DNA from: Candidatus Babeliales bacterium
Lineage (GTDB): Bacteria; Babelota; Babeliae; Babelales; JANWKD01
Direction of reading: 5' to 3'
Length of the DNA stretch: 64,000 nt
NCBI GenBank assembly: GCA_963701665.1
Contig: OY969622.1
Coordinates: forward strand, 1,216,001-1,280,000
Under the pieces are notes generated by a model. It saw only the letters and a list, made by a program, of their open reading frames with translations. It searched no databases and was not told where the DNA came from. The position numbers and the translations under genes are program-made. Positions 11,974 to 22,209 of this stretch are shown one piece after another (position 1 is the first letter of the stretch; the number at the start of each line of letters is the position of its first letter).

Positions 11974-12516
11974 TTACGTCGCAATGATATCACGTATCAT
12001 AGCGACAGAACGTTCAACAACGTCATTCACCGCCATATGCGGTTCTTTGAATCTTTCAAGCACATAATCGGGAACCTGTTCGCGTTGCACAGGACGGCCG
12101 ATGCCAATGCGCACGCGATGAAAATCGGGCCCTAAAAAATTGATCACGGATTTCAGACCATTATGCCCTTTTGCACTGCCACCTGTTTTTATTTTTATCT
12201 GGCCAAATGGTAGCTCAAGCTCATCATGAATAACTAAAATTTGATTGGCAGTGATACCTTTTTTTTGTAAAAAAGGTATCACTTTGCCTGAATCATTCAT
12301 AAATGTTTGCGGTTTTATTAGAAGAATTGGCATATCATTGTGCACAATAGTACACACGAGCATGCTATCATTTTTTTTAAATTCCTGCCCATATGCTTGT
12401 GCAAGAGCATCAACAACACGAAAGCCAATATTATGCCGCGTCAATGCATACTTCTCACCAGGGTTACCAAGGCCAATAATTGCTTTTATCGGCAGGTGAG
12501 TTAGTAATTCATTCAT
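11974..12516 (-). CDS. pth: Peptidyl-tRNA hydrolase
   Basis: GLGNPG..Y..TRHNIGF, KPQTFMNDSG, GHNGLKS, RVRIGIGRP. Confidence 0.96.
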   Translation of the reverse strand: MNELLTHLPIKAIIGLGNPGEKYALTRHNIGFRVVDALAQAYGQEFKKNDSMLVCTIVHNDMPILLIKPQTFMNDSGKVIPFLQKKGITANQILVIHDELELPFGQIKIKTGGSAKGHNGLKSVINFLGPDFHRVRIGIGRPVQREQVPDYVLERFKEPHMAVNDVVERSVAMIRDIIAT

Positions 12517-12518
12517 AG

Positions 12519-13139
12519 TTATTTTGGTAAATCTTTCATTGGTAGGGGTTGCATTACCGGAGCTGATTTCTGTTCTAGTTTTTTCTTAGAACCATATTTT
12601 GTATTCATTTTGGTAATCAATTCAGCTGAAACATCAAGTTTTGGCGAAACATACAGCACACCACCTGCAAGAACAATATCAAGACCCATCTCCATGGCAA
12701 TTTCGTGTGAAGCCGTTTCAATTTCTTTAAATACTGCCATTTGGGCTTCTTGCGATACACGTTCAGCATCTTCTTGGAGAGATTGCATCATACCTTCAAT
12801 TGCTATAGCCATTTGTTTTAATTCAATTTGTTTTGCTTTGACAACTTCAGGCTTTGCAGTTGATCCCATACTCTGCAACCCACTCTGTTTAGTTGCATAC
12901 TCAGTTTTCTTATCTTCAATTTTTTGATTTTTCGCTTGAAGGTCTTTTTGAATTTTCATTCCTTCATCTTTCCATTGTTCAAGGCCTTGCAGCACTTTAT
13001 ATGGATCAACAAAACCAATTTTTGCACCTTGATCAGGAAGTTTTAAATTTGGGGTTACTGCAACACTTTTATTTACGTCGCTTGTAAAAACATAAGGAAT
13101 ATTCAAAAGACAGATAAGTGCAAAAACTATTTTTTTCAT
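12519..13139 (-). CDS. skp: OmpH/Skp periplasmic chaperone
   Basis: Signal peptide, KIGFVD motif, long coiled coil, GLDIVL..VLYVSPKLDVS C-terminus. Confidence 0.8.
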   Translation of the reverse strand: MKKIVFALICLLNIPYVFTSDVNKSVAVTPNLKLPDQGAKIGFVDPYKVLQGLEQWKDEGMKIQKDLQAKNQKIEDKKTEYATKQSGLQSMGSTAKPEVVKAKQIELKQMAIAIEGMMQSLQEDAERVSQEAQMAVFKEIETASHEIAMEMGLDIVLAGGVLYVSPKLDVSAELITKMNTKYGSKKKLEQKSAPVMQPLPMKDLPK

Positions 13140-13236
13140 GATAACCCTTTCATGGATAAATTACTTTTTCTCATGAACGATAGTTTACTGCATTAACAAA
13201 AAGCGTCAAACGTATACGCTCGTTTTTGAGGTTATT

Positions 13237-13620
13237 CTAATTATTTTTTCCTTTTATGCAGTTGCAAGCAACAAGGGCACACACCCCGCACGCCGCACCT
13301 CCAACAGCACCGACGGACAATACCTCTACGGCATGATAACGTTCACCTTCTTGTAATGAATCTTCATCGGAGTAATAAAAACAAGCACCGCCACATACAC
13401 CCAGTAGACAGAAACTTGCGGTCATTACTATTTCGCCAAATGTTGGTGCTCTCGTTTCAACCTTGATATGTTTATTTCTTTTTTTAATTTTTTTTATTTT
13501 TCTTCGAGTTTTAAGTGGATTAATGGCAACCGGTGCAGTTCTCTTGTATGCTGCACATATATACGAATCATTAGCAAACATCGTAATGAGCATTCCGATT
13601 GTAAGTAGTTTTTTTATCAT
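13237..13620 (-). CDS. Hypothetical membrane protein with basic stretch
   Basis: Signal-like N-terminus, KTRRKIKKIKKRNKHIK, two hydrophobic segments. Confidence 0.55.
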   Translation of the reverse strand: MIKKLLTIGMLITMFANDSYICAAYKRTAPVAINPLKTRRKIKKIKKRNKHIKVETRAPTFGEIVMTASFCLLGVCGGACFYYSDEDSLQEGERYHAVEVLSVGAVGGAACGVCALVACNCIKGKNN

Positions 13621-14116
13621 TGTGTCCCAAGGTGTTCATTGTGTTTAAAATTTTATTCCATTCACAAATAATAAGTATAATAATGCCAATAAATTGCACA
13701 ATACAAACGAGGGGATAAAATAAATAGACTTTTTCCCGAGCAAAATGCTTAAGGTTCTACATGCTTAGTCTTTAATTGACATATACCTCCTAAAGACGAG
13801 ATCCGATATATACCACATAGTTTGTATAGATTTTTTCCTACGTACACGATACAAAATTATGTTAACCTCTCGGGTACGTTCTACTTTTATTCACATCAGC
13901 TTAAATTAGTAGAAGAATCGTTTAGCTGATATGCTCATTTTTTTTGCGAAGAATACAGTAAACTTCGGCATGCTTTCTTAAACATTTCTGGGAAAGCTTT
14001 TAGACTTTTTTACAGGGAAGAATCAGATAAAAACAGGTAGGGACAGACTCTCTCCTTCTTATTTTCAGGATACCACGTCCCAATCAGGCAAGTCAACGGT
14101 TTTTAGCATAATTTTA

Positions 14117-15085
14117 TTATGCCGTTTTTCTCCAATTATTGATGCAATCGATCGTTTCATGCAACGCGCGCCGTTGTGATTCGAGTGTATTAAATGCGTT
14201 ATGATATGAAATAAAAACGCGCGGATGATTAATAAGATAGGTATTTTGGCAAATTGTTTTATACGCTGTTTGGGCAAGTGAAGTATGCATAAGTACCGAC
14301 ATATGAAAGGTGAAGAATTCTTCTTCAAGCACATCGAGCGCAATGCCGCCAACGAGGTTTTTTTCTAGAAGTTCAATAAGCGCACTCGTTTCAATAACAC
14401 CGCCGCGCGCCGTATTAATCAAGAAGAACCCTCGTTTACATTGTTTGAGTGTTTGTGCATTTAACATATGCTTCGTTTGATCGTTCAGGGGAACATGCAC
14501 GGTAATAATATCAGCTTGCTGCAAGAGTTCATTCAATGGCACTAATTTCACATCATCGGCTGAGGTTTTGCAAGGATCGTACGCAATGATGCTCATAGAA
14601 AATCCGCGTGCAATGTTAGCAACCGCAGATCCAATATTTCCCAAACCAATAATGCCGAGTGTTTTACCAGCAAGTTCAACGCCCATGATAGCCTCATAAT
14701 TTTTTTGCGCACGCGTTAGCTCGCGAAATGGTATAGTTTTCTTCATGATCGTCAGCATTAATGCGAATGTATATTCAGCAACCGCTTGCGTTGCATAACA
14801 CGGTAATGTATATGTCTTTATGCCGCGCTCCTGAATTGCTCGACAATCAAGATGATCAGCGCCAGTCGTACGAGAAAAAATAGCTTTAAGCTTAGGAAAG
14901 TGCGCAAGCACTTCTTTGTTGATGATAGAAAAAATAAAGACAGAAATCACATCGGCATCGCGCGCTTGTTGTGGTATATTTTTCTGAGTAAGCGGATAGC
15001 TAAAAAAGTATACTTCATCACGTTCAAATGCTTTTTTTAAAATTTCTTCTTGTTCAGACGTTACTTCAAAAAAAAGCATTTTCAT
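14117..15085 (-). CDS. D-isomer-specific 2-hydroxyacid dehydrogenase (D-lactate dehydrogenase-like)
   Basis: GIIGLGNIG NAD motif, LINTARGG, LDVLEEE, catalytic His in SYHNAF; likely start MKMLFFEV at 15085. Confidence 0.9.
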   Translation of the reverse strand: MKMLFFEVTSEQEEILKKAFERDEVYFFSYPLTQKNIPQQARDADVISVFIFSIINKEVLAHFPKLKAIFSRTTGADHLDCRAIQERGIKTYTLPCYATQAVAEYTFALMLTIMKKTIPFRELTRAQKNYEAIMGVELAGKTLGIIGLGNIGSAVANIARGFSMSIIAYDPCKTSADDVKLVPLNELLQQADIITVHVPLNDQTKHMLNAQTLKQCKRGFFLINTARGGVIETSALIELLEKNLVGGIALDVLEEEFFTFHMSVLMHTSLAQTAYKTICQNTYLINHPRVFISYHNAFNTLESQRRALHETIDCINNWRKTA

Positions 15086-15143
15086 TATACATTCCTTTTT
15101 TGTTTTGACATAAAACAATGAAATTGTACAAAGAACATCAGAA

Positions 15144-15248
15144 TGTCATTCCGAGGCATCTTGTGCCGTGGGAATCCAAAATTCAATAAATCCTTATTTT
15201 TGGAATAATTTTATTATCTGGATTGCCACGCATTCGCTCGCAATGACG
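15144..15248. repeat. REP-like palindrome dimer (TGTCAT..ATCC / GGAT..ATGAC), copy 1
   Basis: TGTCATTCCGAGGCATCTTGTGCCGTGGGAATCCA, AT-rich spacer, TGGATTGCCACGCATTCGCTCGCAATGACG; five related copies in window. Confidence 0.85.
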
Positions 15249-15356
15249 ATTCTGCATACAATATTTATTTCTTTAGTCACTGTTTTATGTGCCCAATTAG
15301 TTTTCTAATTTGTTAAAAACAGTGATAACACATAAAAAAGAAATAAGTACAGAAAA

Positions 15357-16574
15357 TTAAAGCACAATGTGCTCTAATGCCCAATCTTCGTAGCGTCGCG
15401 CGGTTCTCAAAATACCGAATGATACTGATGAGAATTTGAGATTAGGAAAAGGTGCCGTTAAGAAAGTAACTACCTTGAAATCCCACAATGGCATAATACC
15501 TTTATTCTCTTCTAATAAGGTAAGCATACCGCCATGATGCTGATGCGCTCTAAAAATTGCTCTCAACTTAACATCATGAGCATTAATTCTTGTAAGCATG
15601 TATTCGGTAAGTTTTTGACCAAAAACCCATCCACGCCCTGGATGATAATCAACAACTGGGGAACGATAATTTTCTTGACGCTCAATAAAATCATTCCATA
15701 AAAAACCGAGTGTCACAGGATTTGTTGGTAATACTGGTTTGAAATTACATATTTCATGCTCAGGAATATTTTTTATCACATCTTGTTTAAGATGTGGTGG
15801 CAATTCGCGCACTGCTTCAACACGCTCGATTAAGGGTAAAGCATGATACATATTTGAATGAGTATCTGCTAACAAGCGATAAGGGTTGTAGCCAATTTCA
15901 ATACCGCCGTGACAGCATTGAATAAAGTCATGGTGATCACCTGAACCAAGATAAAGAACGGTTGGCATATATTCATATATATCAAACACTGCATTTAGTT
16001 CATCGCCGGTGATCTCAGGAAATTTCGCACACAATTCGCTTTTAAATCCGTAGACGGTATTTAACAATCTATCTTCATGATTCCCGCGCACAAGAAATAC
16101 TGAACGAGGGTTACGCAGTTTTAAAGTAAGTATCGTAGTTAGCACTTCAACACCTGAAGGCCCGCGATCAACATAATCACCGAGAAAGATACAATAAAAT
16201 TGTGGCTTCATAATTACGAGATTCTGGTCGATATAACCATCTCTTTGTAAAGCAAGAATACACTCGTCGAGTGCTTTTTTATTCCCGTGTAAATCCCCAA
16301 AAAAAGCTATTTCACTTCCGTGCGGAACGCTGAGTTTTTGTGCAAATGGGGTAAAGCTCGTGACCTTTCGTTGGGTAAAGGGATTACCCTGTGAAAGCCA
16401 AGGTGCTGAGCGCAGGTGTTCATGAGAAGTCACCTTAAAATCATGAATAACCTTTTTGAACTCTTGGTGCGATGGCAAGGCCTGTTGCGGGCGGACCTGC
16501 CTGCCTGCCCTATCGGCAAAAAGCTGGAAACTTGAAAAAGTTAAAAACAGTAAAAATATATTCTTTTTATTCAT
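15357..16574 (-). CDS. PPP-family (calcineurin-like) Ser/Thr protein phosphatase with signal peptide
   Basis: GDLHG, GDYVDRG, RGNHE, HGG, LWND, RAHQ motifs; GGAGG RBS before MNKKNIFLLF at 16574. Confidence 0.9.
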   Translation of the reverse strand: MNKKNIFLLFLTFSSFQLFADRAGRQVRPQQALPSHQEFKKVIHDFKVTSHEHLRSAPWLSQGNPFTQRKVTSFTPFAQKLSVPHGSEIAFFGDLHGNKKALDECILALQRDGYIDQNLVIMKPQFYCIFLGDYVDRGPSGVEVLTTILTLKLRNPRSVFLVRGNHEDRLLNTVYGFKSELCAKFPEITGDELNAVFDIYEYMPTVLYLGSGDHHDFIQCCHGGIEIGYNPYRLLADTHSNMYHALPLIERVEAVRELPPHLKQDVIKNIPEHEICNFKPVLPTNPVTLGFLWNDFIERQENYRSPVVDYHPGRGWVFGQKLTEYMLTRINAHDVKLRAIFRAHQHHGGMLTLLEENKGIMPLWDFKVVTFLTAPFPNLKFSSVSFGILRTARRYEDWALEHIVL

Positions 16575-16674
16575 AGAAAACCTCCATTCTAATAGGCTTC
16601 TAAAAAGTATAGCACGGTAAGGCTTTATTGGCAAAAGCCTCCAGGCTGTAGGAACAGAGTCCTATAAAATTTTC

Positions 16675-16703
16675 TTGACAATGTCCTTGGGGGTTGTTAG
16701 GAT
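16675..16703 (+). promoter_or_regulatory. Sigma70-type promoter with no downstream plus-strand gene
   Basis: TTGACA-N17-TAGGAT with extended -10 TG. Confidence 0.55.
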
Positions 16704-16782
16704 TTGCCCTGACTTCATAAAAACGTAAAAAAATGTCCCTAAATGAACAATACTCATTCTTTTTGTATTGTTCACCCCCTAA

Positions 16783-16818
16783 CCCTTCAGCTTATTTAAG
16801 TTGGAGGGATTTTATTTT
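16783..16818 (+). terminator. Intrinsic terminator
   Basis: CCCTTCAGCTT/AAGTTGGAGGG stem (G-U pairs favour plus strand) followed by ATTTTATTTT. Confidence 0.65.
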
Positions 16819-16828
16819 AAGTTGAAAC

Positions 16829-17320
16829 TCAATCAGTCTTAATCGTCTTTTTCATTTGTTGTATATGTAACTTAGTTTTACAATGACGTTTATAATAACT
16901 TTCGATATACGCTCTTCTACAATAATCGCAATATATCTCATCTTCTTGCCGCTTTTTCACTATTCCTTTTGGCTTTTTGTTGTCTTTTAATTCCCATATT
17001 TTTTGATATACCGTAGCGAAATCTGATGTTTCAATTTCATACGTCTCACCATCTATCGTCTGGCGCCATTCTTTCCATTGCTTATGCATTGGCGAACAAG
17101 TATATCCTTCTTCTATTTTCTCACGTAATGAGGCGCACTGTTGACGAATCAATTCGTTATTTGGATCATCCATTTTACAATCCGACTCAGCGCAGTATGG
17201 TGCTGTATCTACTATTGATGTCGGGATATAAGTGATAGCAGTTAATTCTTGAAGATCTTGAGTGTGTAACGAAAATATAAGCATATGTATAAAACCAAAC
17301 AAAAAGATTATTTTTTTCAT
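16829..17320 (-). CDS. Secreted protein with C-terminal matrin/U1-like C2H2 zinc finger
   Basis: Signal peptide; YCDYCRRAYIESYYKRHCKTKLH (C-x2-C-x11-H-x5-H). Confidence 0.65.
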   Translation of the reverse strand: MKKIIFLFGFIHMLIFSLHTQDLQELTAITYIPTSIVDTAPYCAESDCKMDDPNNELIRQQCASLREKIEEGYTCSPMHKQWKEWRQTIDGETYEIETSDFATVYQKIWELKDNKKPKGIVKKRQEDEIYCDYCRRAYIESYYKRHCKTKLHIQQMKKTIKTD

Positions 17321-17537
17321 CGCTATTTACTCGCACTAATGGGATTATAGATCAATGGAAAATCTTTACTGTAATAATTGCACAAACAAATTATTCAAAT
17401 AAATATTGATATGTAGTATAATATTTACTATTGTATATTTTTAACAACATAACAATAATCACTAGTTCTAGCAAAAAAATTTAAAAAAAAATGCTACAAA
17501 GTATATACGCTCGGCATTTTTCAAAAGGAAAGTAATT

Positions 17538-18374
17538 ATGAACTTTACGTCATTTATCCCATGTATACTCTTTCTGACACTCGTTTCAAATACACTCGCT
17601 ATGGATAATGATCGTTGGCCCGAACGCTCGCCCTCACCAACGCCGAGGTTACGTCAAAAAACAAGCCCGTATAATGAGGCGTCTCATAAAATTTTTATGA
17701 AAGCGCTTTTAAAAACATTAAAAGATAAAAAAGGCACCGATGTTGATGAGCTTTTGGGTACGTATCTTCAAACACATCAAACATTAGATTGTATTTTTCA
17801 TGGTGCAATTACTAAAAATCAACACAATCTAGTTCGTTATCTTGTGAACAACTATAGTAAAAATATTGATGTAAACATACCGGATGAAAAGGGGCGCAGC
17901 GCTTTACATAAAGCAGCAAGAACTGGTTCTCCTGCTATAGTTGATCAAATATTATCCTTATGGCCAAATGTAAATAGCAAAACACGAGCAGGCAACACGC
18001 CTCTCCATGCTGCTGCAAAAAATGGCAATACCGAAGTCCTGAAACGCTTACTACAATCTTATTACGGTGCAGATCTTGAAGCGCGTAACCTCAAACAACA
18101 AACACCCCTTGTCGTGGCTGTTGAATATGTTCAGCCAGCTGCATATGATTTCTTCATTAAACGTCGAGCAAATGTCAGTGTTATAAGTAAAGAGGGGACA
18201 ACGCTCTTACATTCAGCCGTACTTAGTGGCTACTTACCGATGGTACTTAACCTTATAAAGACGCATAAACTGGATACATGTGCACATGATGGCCACAACC
18301 GAACGCCATATGATATTGCTCATAAAAATGAAGATACGAATATGATTGTTAATCTTGAAGGTTATCCCCATTAA
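17538..18374 (+). CDS. Ankyrin repeat protein, secreted
   Basis: GRSALHKAA, GNTPLHAAA, QTPLVVAV, GTTLLHSAV repeats; signal peptide then AMD. Confidence 0.92.
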   Translation: MNFTSFIPCILFLTLVSNTLAMDNDRWPERSPSPTPRLRQKTSPYNEASHKIFMKALLKTLKDKKGTDVDELLGTYLQTHQTLDCIFHGAITKNQHNLVRYLVNNYSKNIDVNIPDEKGRSALHKAARTGSPAIVDQILSLWPNVNSKTRAGNTPLHAAAKNGNTEVLKRLLQSYYGADLEARNLKQQTPLVVAVEYVQPAAYDFFIKRRANVSVISKEGTTLLHSAVLSGYLPMVLNLIKTHKLDTCAHDGHNRTPYDIAHKNEDTNMIVNLEGYPH

Positions 18375-18679
18375 GAAACATGCGTTCCCGTCAAAGAAAT
18401 TTCTCTGATCTGTCCATCTTCTTTGTGCTGCATGATAACCGATGAAGGCAATACCGTTTTAACTTGCCATTTAGTTTCAGTACTTAAAAGCGCAATTTCT
18501 TCATGATCTAATTTTGGTGATTCTTTGATTTCAGCCACTGCTTTTTTAGCATCTTTACGTTGCTCATCTGCTGAACACCCAAAACAGAATGGGTTGCGTT
18601 GCGCGTCATTTTTTTCTTGCACACCAAATAAAGGACAAAAAAATAAGCCCATACTAAGCAAGATATGTATTTTATGCAT
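18371..18679 (-). CDS. Small exported protein, possibly PilP-like
   Basis: Overlaps pilO-like gene; signal peptide and RNPF motif resembling PilP RDPF. Confidence 0.45.
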   Translation of the reverse strand: MHKIHILLSMGLFFCPLFGVQEKNDAQRNPFCFGCSADEQRKDAKKAVAEIKESPKLDHEEIALLSTETKWQVKTVLPSSVIMQHKEDGQIREISLTGTHVS

Positions 18680-19256
18680 GTGGCTCCTTTGTGCTTTCAG
18701 CAATCTCGATGAGAGTAAAAAGACACGTTGCACATACCTGCTCATCATCAACTTTGTTCATGCGAACTTTATCAACGGTCAGCACATACCGGATTTCTTG
18801 TATTGCTTTGAAAAACGCGTGCAATGAAGCAAATGATCCTTTTAATTCAAAAAGGAAGCAATGGGCATTATACCACCCATGACGTGTAATACCTTGCGGC
18901 TGGTATGAACAAAAAATCAGGTCATGACGCTCGATCGTGCTAAAAATCTCGGCAACCGTGTCGAGCGGCGACAAAACAACGCACGCATCAGACATTGATG
19001 CATACTGTTGTAAACGCTCGTCTAAAAGAAGCGCGCGCTGATCCAGCATATTCAGTGATGCACTCGTTTCATGATCGTGCGTGTGAATACCTTGCTCATA
19101 CATCGCAATTGACGCGCGCAATGGATGCCATACGGCATAAAACCATGCACTCGTTATGAGCAAACAAAGTGAAAGTGTTATCAGCACACGATATCGTGAA
19201 GGAATTTTGATGACATACCATAATGGTGTGTTCATACGATAAAAGAAATCATACAT
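18672..19256 (-). CDS. PilO/GspM-like type IV pilus/T2SS inner-membrane protein
   Basis: Single N-terminal TM, coiled coil, C-terminal FELKGSFASLHAFFKAI..YVLTVDKV motif typical of PilO. Confidence 0.6.
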   Translation of the reverse strand: MYDFFYRMNTPLWYVIKIPSRYRVLITLSLCLLITSAWFYAVWHPLRASIAMYEQGIHTHDHETSASLNMLDQRALLLDERLQQYASMSDACVVLSPLDTVAEIFSTIERHDLIFCSYQPQGITRHGWYNAHCFLFELKGSFASLHAFFKAIQEIRYVLTVDKVRMNKVDDEQVCATCLFTLIEIAESTKEPHA

Positions 19257-19279
19257 CGCTACTACCCCTTTTTATACTA

Positions 19280-20515
19280 TTAAAAAGTAGGTTTAATCCA
19301 TTGCATAGGATCCACAGGAATATTGTTTATTCTCATTTCCCAATGTAAATGATAGCCACTTGCATAGCCTGTTTTGCCTAACGTACCAATTGGATTACCC
19401 CGTTTTATGAAGTCTCCAACATTGATATCAGCAAATGAATCTAAATGGAAGAAAAGAGATAAAATCCCATAGCCATGATCGATTACAACGGTATTGCCAC
19501 TGAAAGCGTAACGATTTTTGAGTACAACAACACCATCTTGTGTCGCCCATACTACCGATTTTGGCATATTCAGAATATCAACAGCCTTATGTGCATAGCG
19601 ACCGCGCTCTTGCGTGGTACGGATAGTACCATATTCTGTTGATACTGCTGTTATATCGATTGGGGGATAAAAAACACCGTGCCATAATTTTTTATGCGGT
19701 GATTGTTCCGTAAGTTTTTCAAGTTCATGTTCTAATTCTTGTGCCGCTAAACCTGCTTCTTTTTCTTCTTGCACTTTTGCTGCATCTATGCGTAACATCT
19801 GTTTTTTAAATTGGAAAGGCAAAATTTGAAATTTACTATCGAGCACAAGCACGTTGCCAACATGATCAGTAATTTCGACGCTTAGAGGATATTCGTTAGG
19901 TATCTCTTCACAAAGTATTGGGATAAAACATTCATAGATGGGTGAATTTTTTGCCTCTTGAAAACAGTCGTAATTGTGTGATAACGCGCGCACCATAACT
20001 GATTTGATTTCTTTGTTTACTTGAAACTGAACATGCAACGTTCTTCCCTGCAGCACTTTATAATCGGCTTCCGAACGTACCATAGCAGCTTGCAAAGGAC
20101 TATTATCAACGTAGAAACCATATTCGATGCATGCTTTTTGTGCATGGTAAGTAGCATTAATTGCTTCTGCCTTAATCATATGGAAACCATTTTGTAATGA
20201 GGTGGTTTCAACGCTGAAAGGATATTCAAAATGTCCCGCATTAATCTTGAATTTATGGACAAGTAATTTCCCATCAAGCCACACCGAAATATCAGCAACC
20301 TTATAAGGATCCGATCCTTCTAATCGACATTGCACTTCCTGAGCGCAGTACGTATCGGGCTCTATGCCGTGAAACACGAGCGCGGGTTTATGCACATCAA
20401 GAAAATAGTGATAACCACGCCAACTGAAAAAACCAATAACACCACACAAAAGTATAAAGAGTAATGAATTCATTTTAAATGACATTGAAAACCTCGATGA
20501 GTGAAAATTGCACAC
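19280..20515 (-). CDS. M23 family metallopeptidase
   Basis: HKAVD, GNTVVIDHG, FHL, GYASGYHLHWE motifs; N-terminal TM anchor. Confidence 0.92.
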   Translation of the reverse strand: MCNFHSSRFSMSFKMNSLLFILLCGVIGFFSWRGYHYFLDVHKPALVFHGIEPDTYCAQEVQCRLEGSDPYKVADISVWLDGKLLVHKFKINAGHFEYPFSVETTSLQNGFHMIKAEAINATYHAQKACIEYGFYVDNSPLQAAMVRSEADYKVLQGRTLHVQFQVNKEIKSVMVRALSHNYDCFQEAKNSPIYECFIPILCEEIPNEYPLSVEITDHVGNVLVLDSKFQILPFQFKKQMLRIDAAKVQEEKEAGLAAQELEHELEKLTEQSPHKKLWHGVFYPPIDITAVSTEYGTIRTTQERGRYAHKAVDILNMPKSVVWATQDGVVVLKNRYAFSGNTVVIDHGYGILSLFFHLDSFADINVGDFIKRGNPIGTLGKTGYASGYHLHWEMRINNIPVDPMQWIKPTF

Positions 20516-20590
20516 TAGAATGAAGATTGTTCAGTATTCTACTATAAATCTTTTTGGCGCATACGTAAATTTTTAAAAAATAAAAAAGTA

Positions 20591-20620
20591 TTGCTTTCTT
20601 TCTGATTGAAACACTAGAAT
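20591..20620 (+). promoter_or_regulatory. Putative sigma70 promoter of the three-gene secreted operon
   Basis: TTGCTT-N18-TAGAAT upstream of 20653. Confidence 0.4.
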
Positions 20621-20652
20621 TTGTTCAATTAATAAAAAAGGATAGGTAACAC

Positions 20653-22197
20653 ATGAACACAAAATCGTGCGTGAACATACTCATAGTTGCAATACTCATG
20701 CCAACATTTTTTTTGAATGCGCAAGATCAAGCCACACTATGCTCTAAGCAATGTTATCCCCGTCAAGGTAAAAAATATACGCCATCACAATTAGTTGTAA
20801 GTCATCCCATTGATCCTACTACCGGCATAAAAACCTTAAATGCGCATACTAAAAACAATGTACCACAGGGTCTTTCAAAAGGATTTCAAACAACCTTTTG
20901 TAGTTTTACCAAAACAGCAACCATAGAAATCAATCACCCACCAGCAAATCAATTATTCCCTGATGACGGCTCTTTAAGTCAACTTCTTGATAGTTTTTTG
21001 ACAAGCATCAAGCAAGATACCTATTTTACCGTGTATTTCAGTAAGATACATCTTCTCTATTTACATGAACTTTATATTTATTTGACCAAAGTATATACCG
21101 TATTCAACCTCACGCCCTATGCTTCACTCGATAAATATCTTGATCAAGAATCAAAAACAGGTTTTATTAAGAAAAAATTAATTATCAGTCATCTTATCAG
21201 CATCATAGAAGCACAATCAAATCAAGCAATTTTAGCACGCTTTCCTTCTGGGCTCCCGCAGCATCTTGCAACCTATGCCGGCAATACGCTTATGAAAAAT
21301 GATTATGGTGCTAATCTTGATATGATGCTTAAAGATTCTGAAAAAACGCTCATGGTAGATCCTACAACGCAAGGTTTGCTCAAGCCAACGTTTGATAACA
21401 AAAGGGATCTCTACCTGACGTTCCTTGGCAATTATTTGAAATTCTTCACACAATATACTGCCGCGCTTTCACAAAAAAATGCTGCGCAAGAGTTCACCGG
21501 ATTCTCTACGTTTGTTGCCCATGCACAACGTATTAAAACAATCATGGATAAAATTACTGCCGATGCTGCAACAACATTGCGCGCAGTTCAACAGATTACG
21601 CCCCCACTTTTCTTTTATGACACACAGAGCTTGCGCGCGCTTAAAGTTATTCCTCAGCTTGCACACGAATTACCGGTAAATACAATCAGTATCGCGTGGC
21701 CTGATGCGCTCGTAAAAGCAGCACAAGGCGGCACAACACTCAAAGATAAATTTGGGTATGAATCGACCATCCCACTTGCCTATTTTGCCAACGGTAAAGG
21801 CAAAAAAGTTTCCTCACTAGCTCAGGCAAAACATCTCTATGTTAATATTCCCACCATGCAGTATTTGTATGTGCAAGAAGTGTTACCACAACCGGCATGG
21901 ATGAATTCTCCTGATGGCATTATCAAAATGTTACGCGCATGCGTTGGTGATTTTTCGGTGTTATTTGACCCTATTTTTAAGGGCACCACAATATTAGATC
22001 CTTGTTTGGGCTGCATCATAGCAAATGCTGCACAAAAAGCAGGCATCTCTCCTGTTGACGCTCGTTATTGCAATGCAACCGCAGCATACTTGAAAGGTAT
22101 TGAAGAAGCCCTCAATGCCGTTCAACAATCATCACAAGTTGGCGATGGCGGTGATTCAACGGGTACGATAGATCCAAATGCCCCAGGCGGATCTTAA
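20653..22197 (+). CDS. Large hypothetical secreted protein (operon gene 1)
   Basis: 514 aa, signal peptide, Gly-rich C-tail; 12 bp from next gene. Confidence 0.8.
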   Translation: MNTKSCVNILIVAILMPTFFLNAQDQATLCSKQCYPRQGKKYTPSQLVVSHPIDPTTGIKTLNAHTKNNVPQGLSKGFQTTFCSFTKTATIEINHPPANQLFPDDGSLSQLLDSFLTSIKQDTYFTVYFSKIHLLYLHELYIYLTKVYTVFNLTPYASLDKYLDQESKTGFIKKKLIISHLISIIEAQSNQAILARFPSGLPQHLATYAGNTLMKNDYGANLDMMLKDSEKTLMVDPTTQGLLKPTFDNKRDLYLTFLGNYLKFFTQYTAALSQKNAAQEFTGFSTFVAHAQRIKTIMDKITADAATTLRAVQQITPPLFFYDTQSLRALKVIPQLAHELPVNTISIAWPDALVKAAQGGTTLKDKFGYESTIPLAYFANGKGKKVSSLAQAKHLYVNIPTMQYLYVQEVLPQPAWMNSPDGIIKMLRACVGDFSVLFDPIFKGTTILDPCLGCIIANAAQKAGISPVDARYCNATAAYLKGIEEALNAVQQSSQVGDGGDSTGTIDPNAPGGS

Positions 22198-22209
22198 GAT
22201 AGGTAATCA

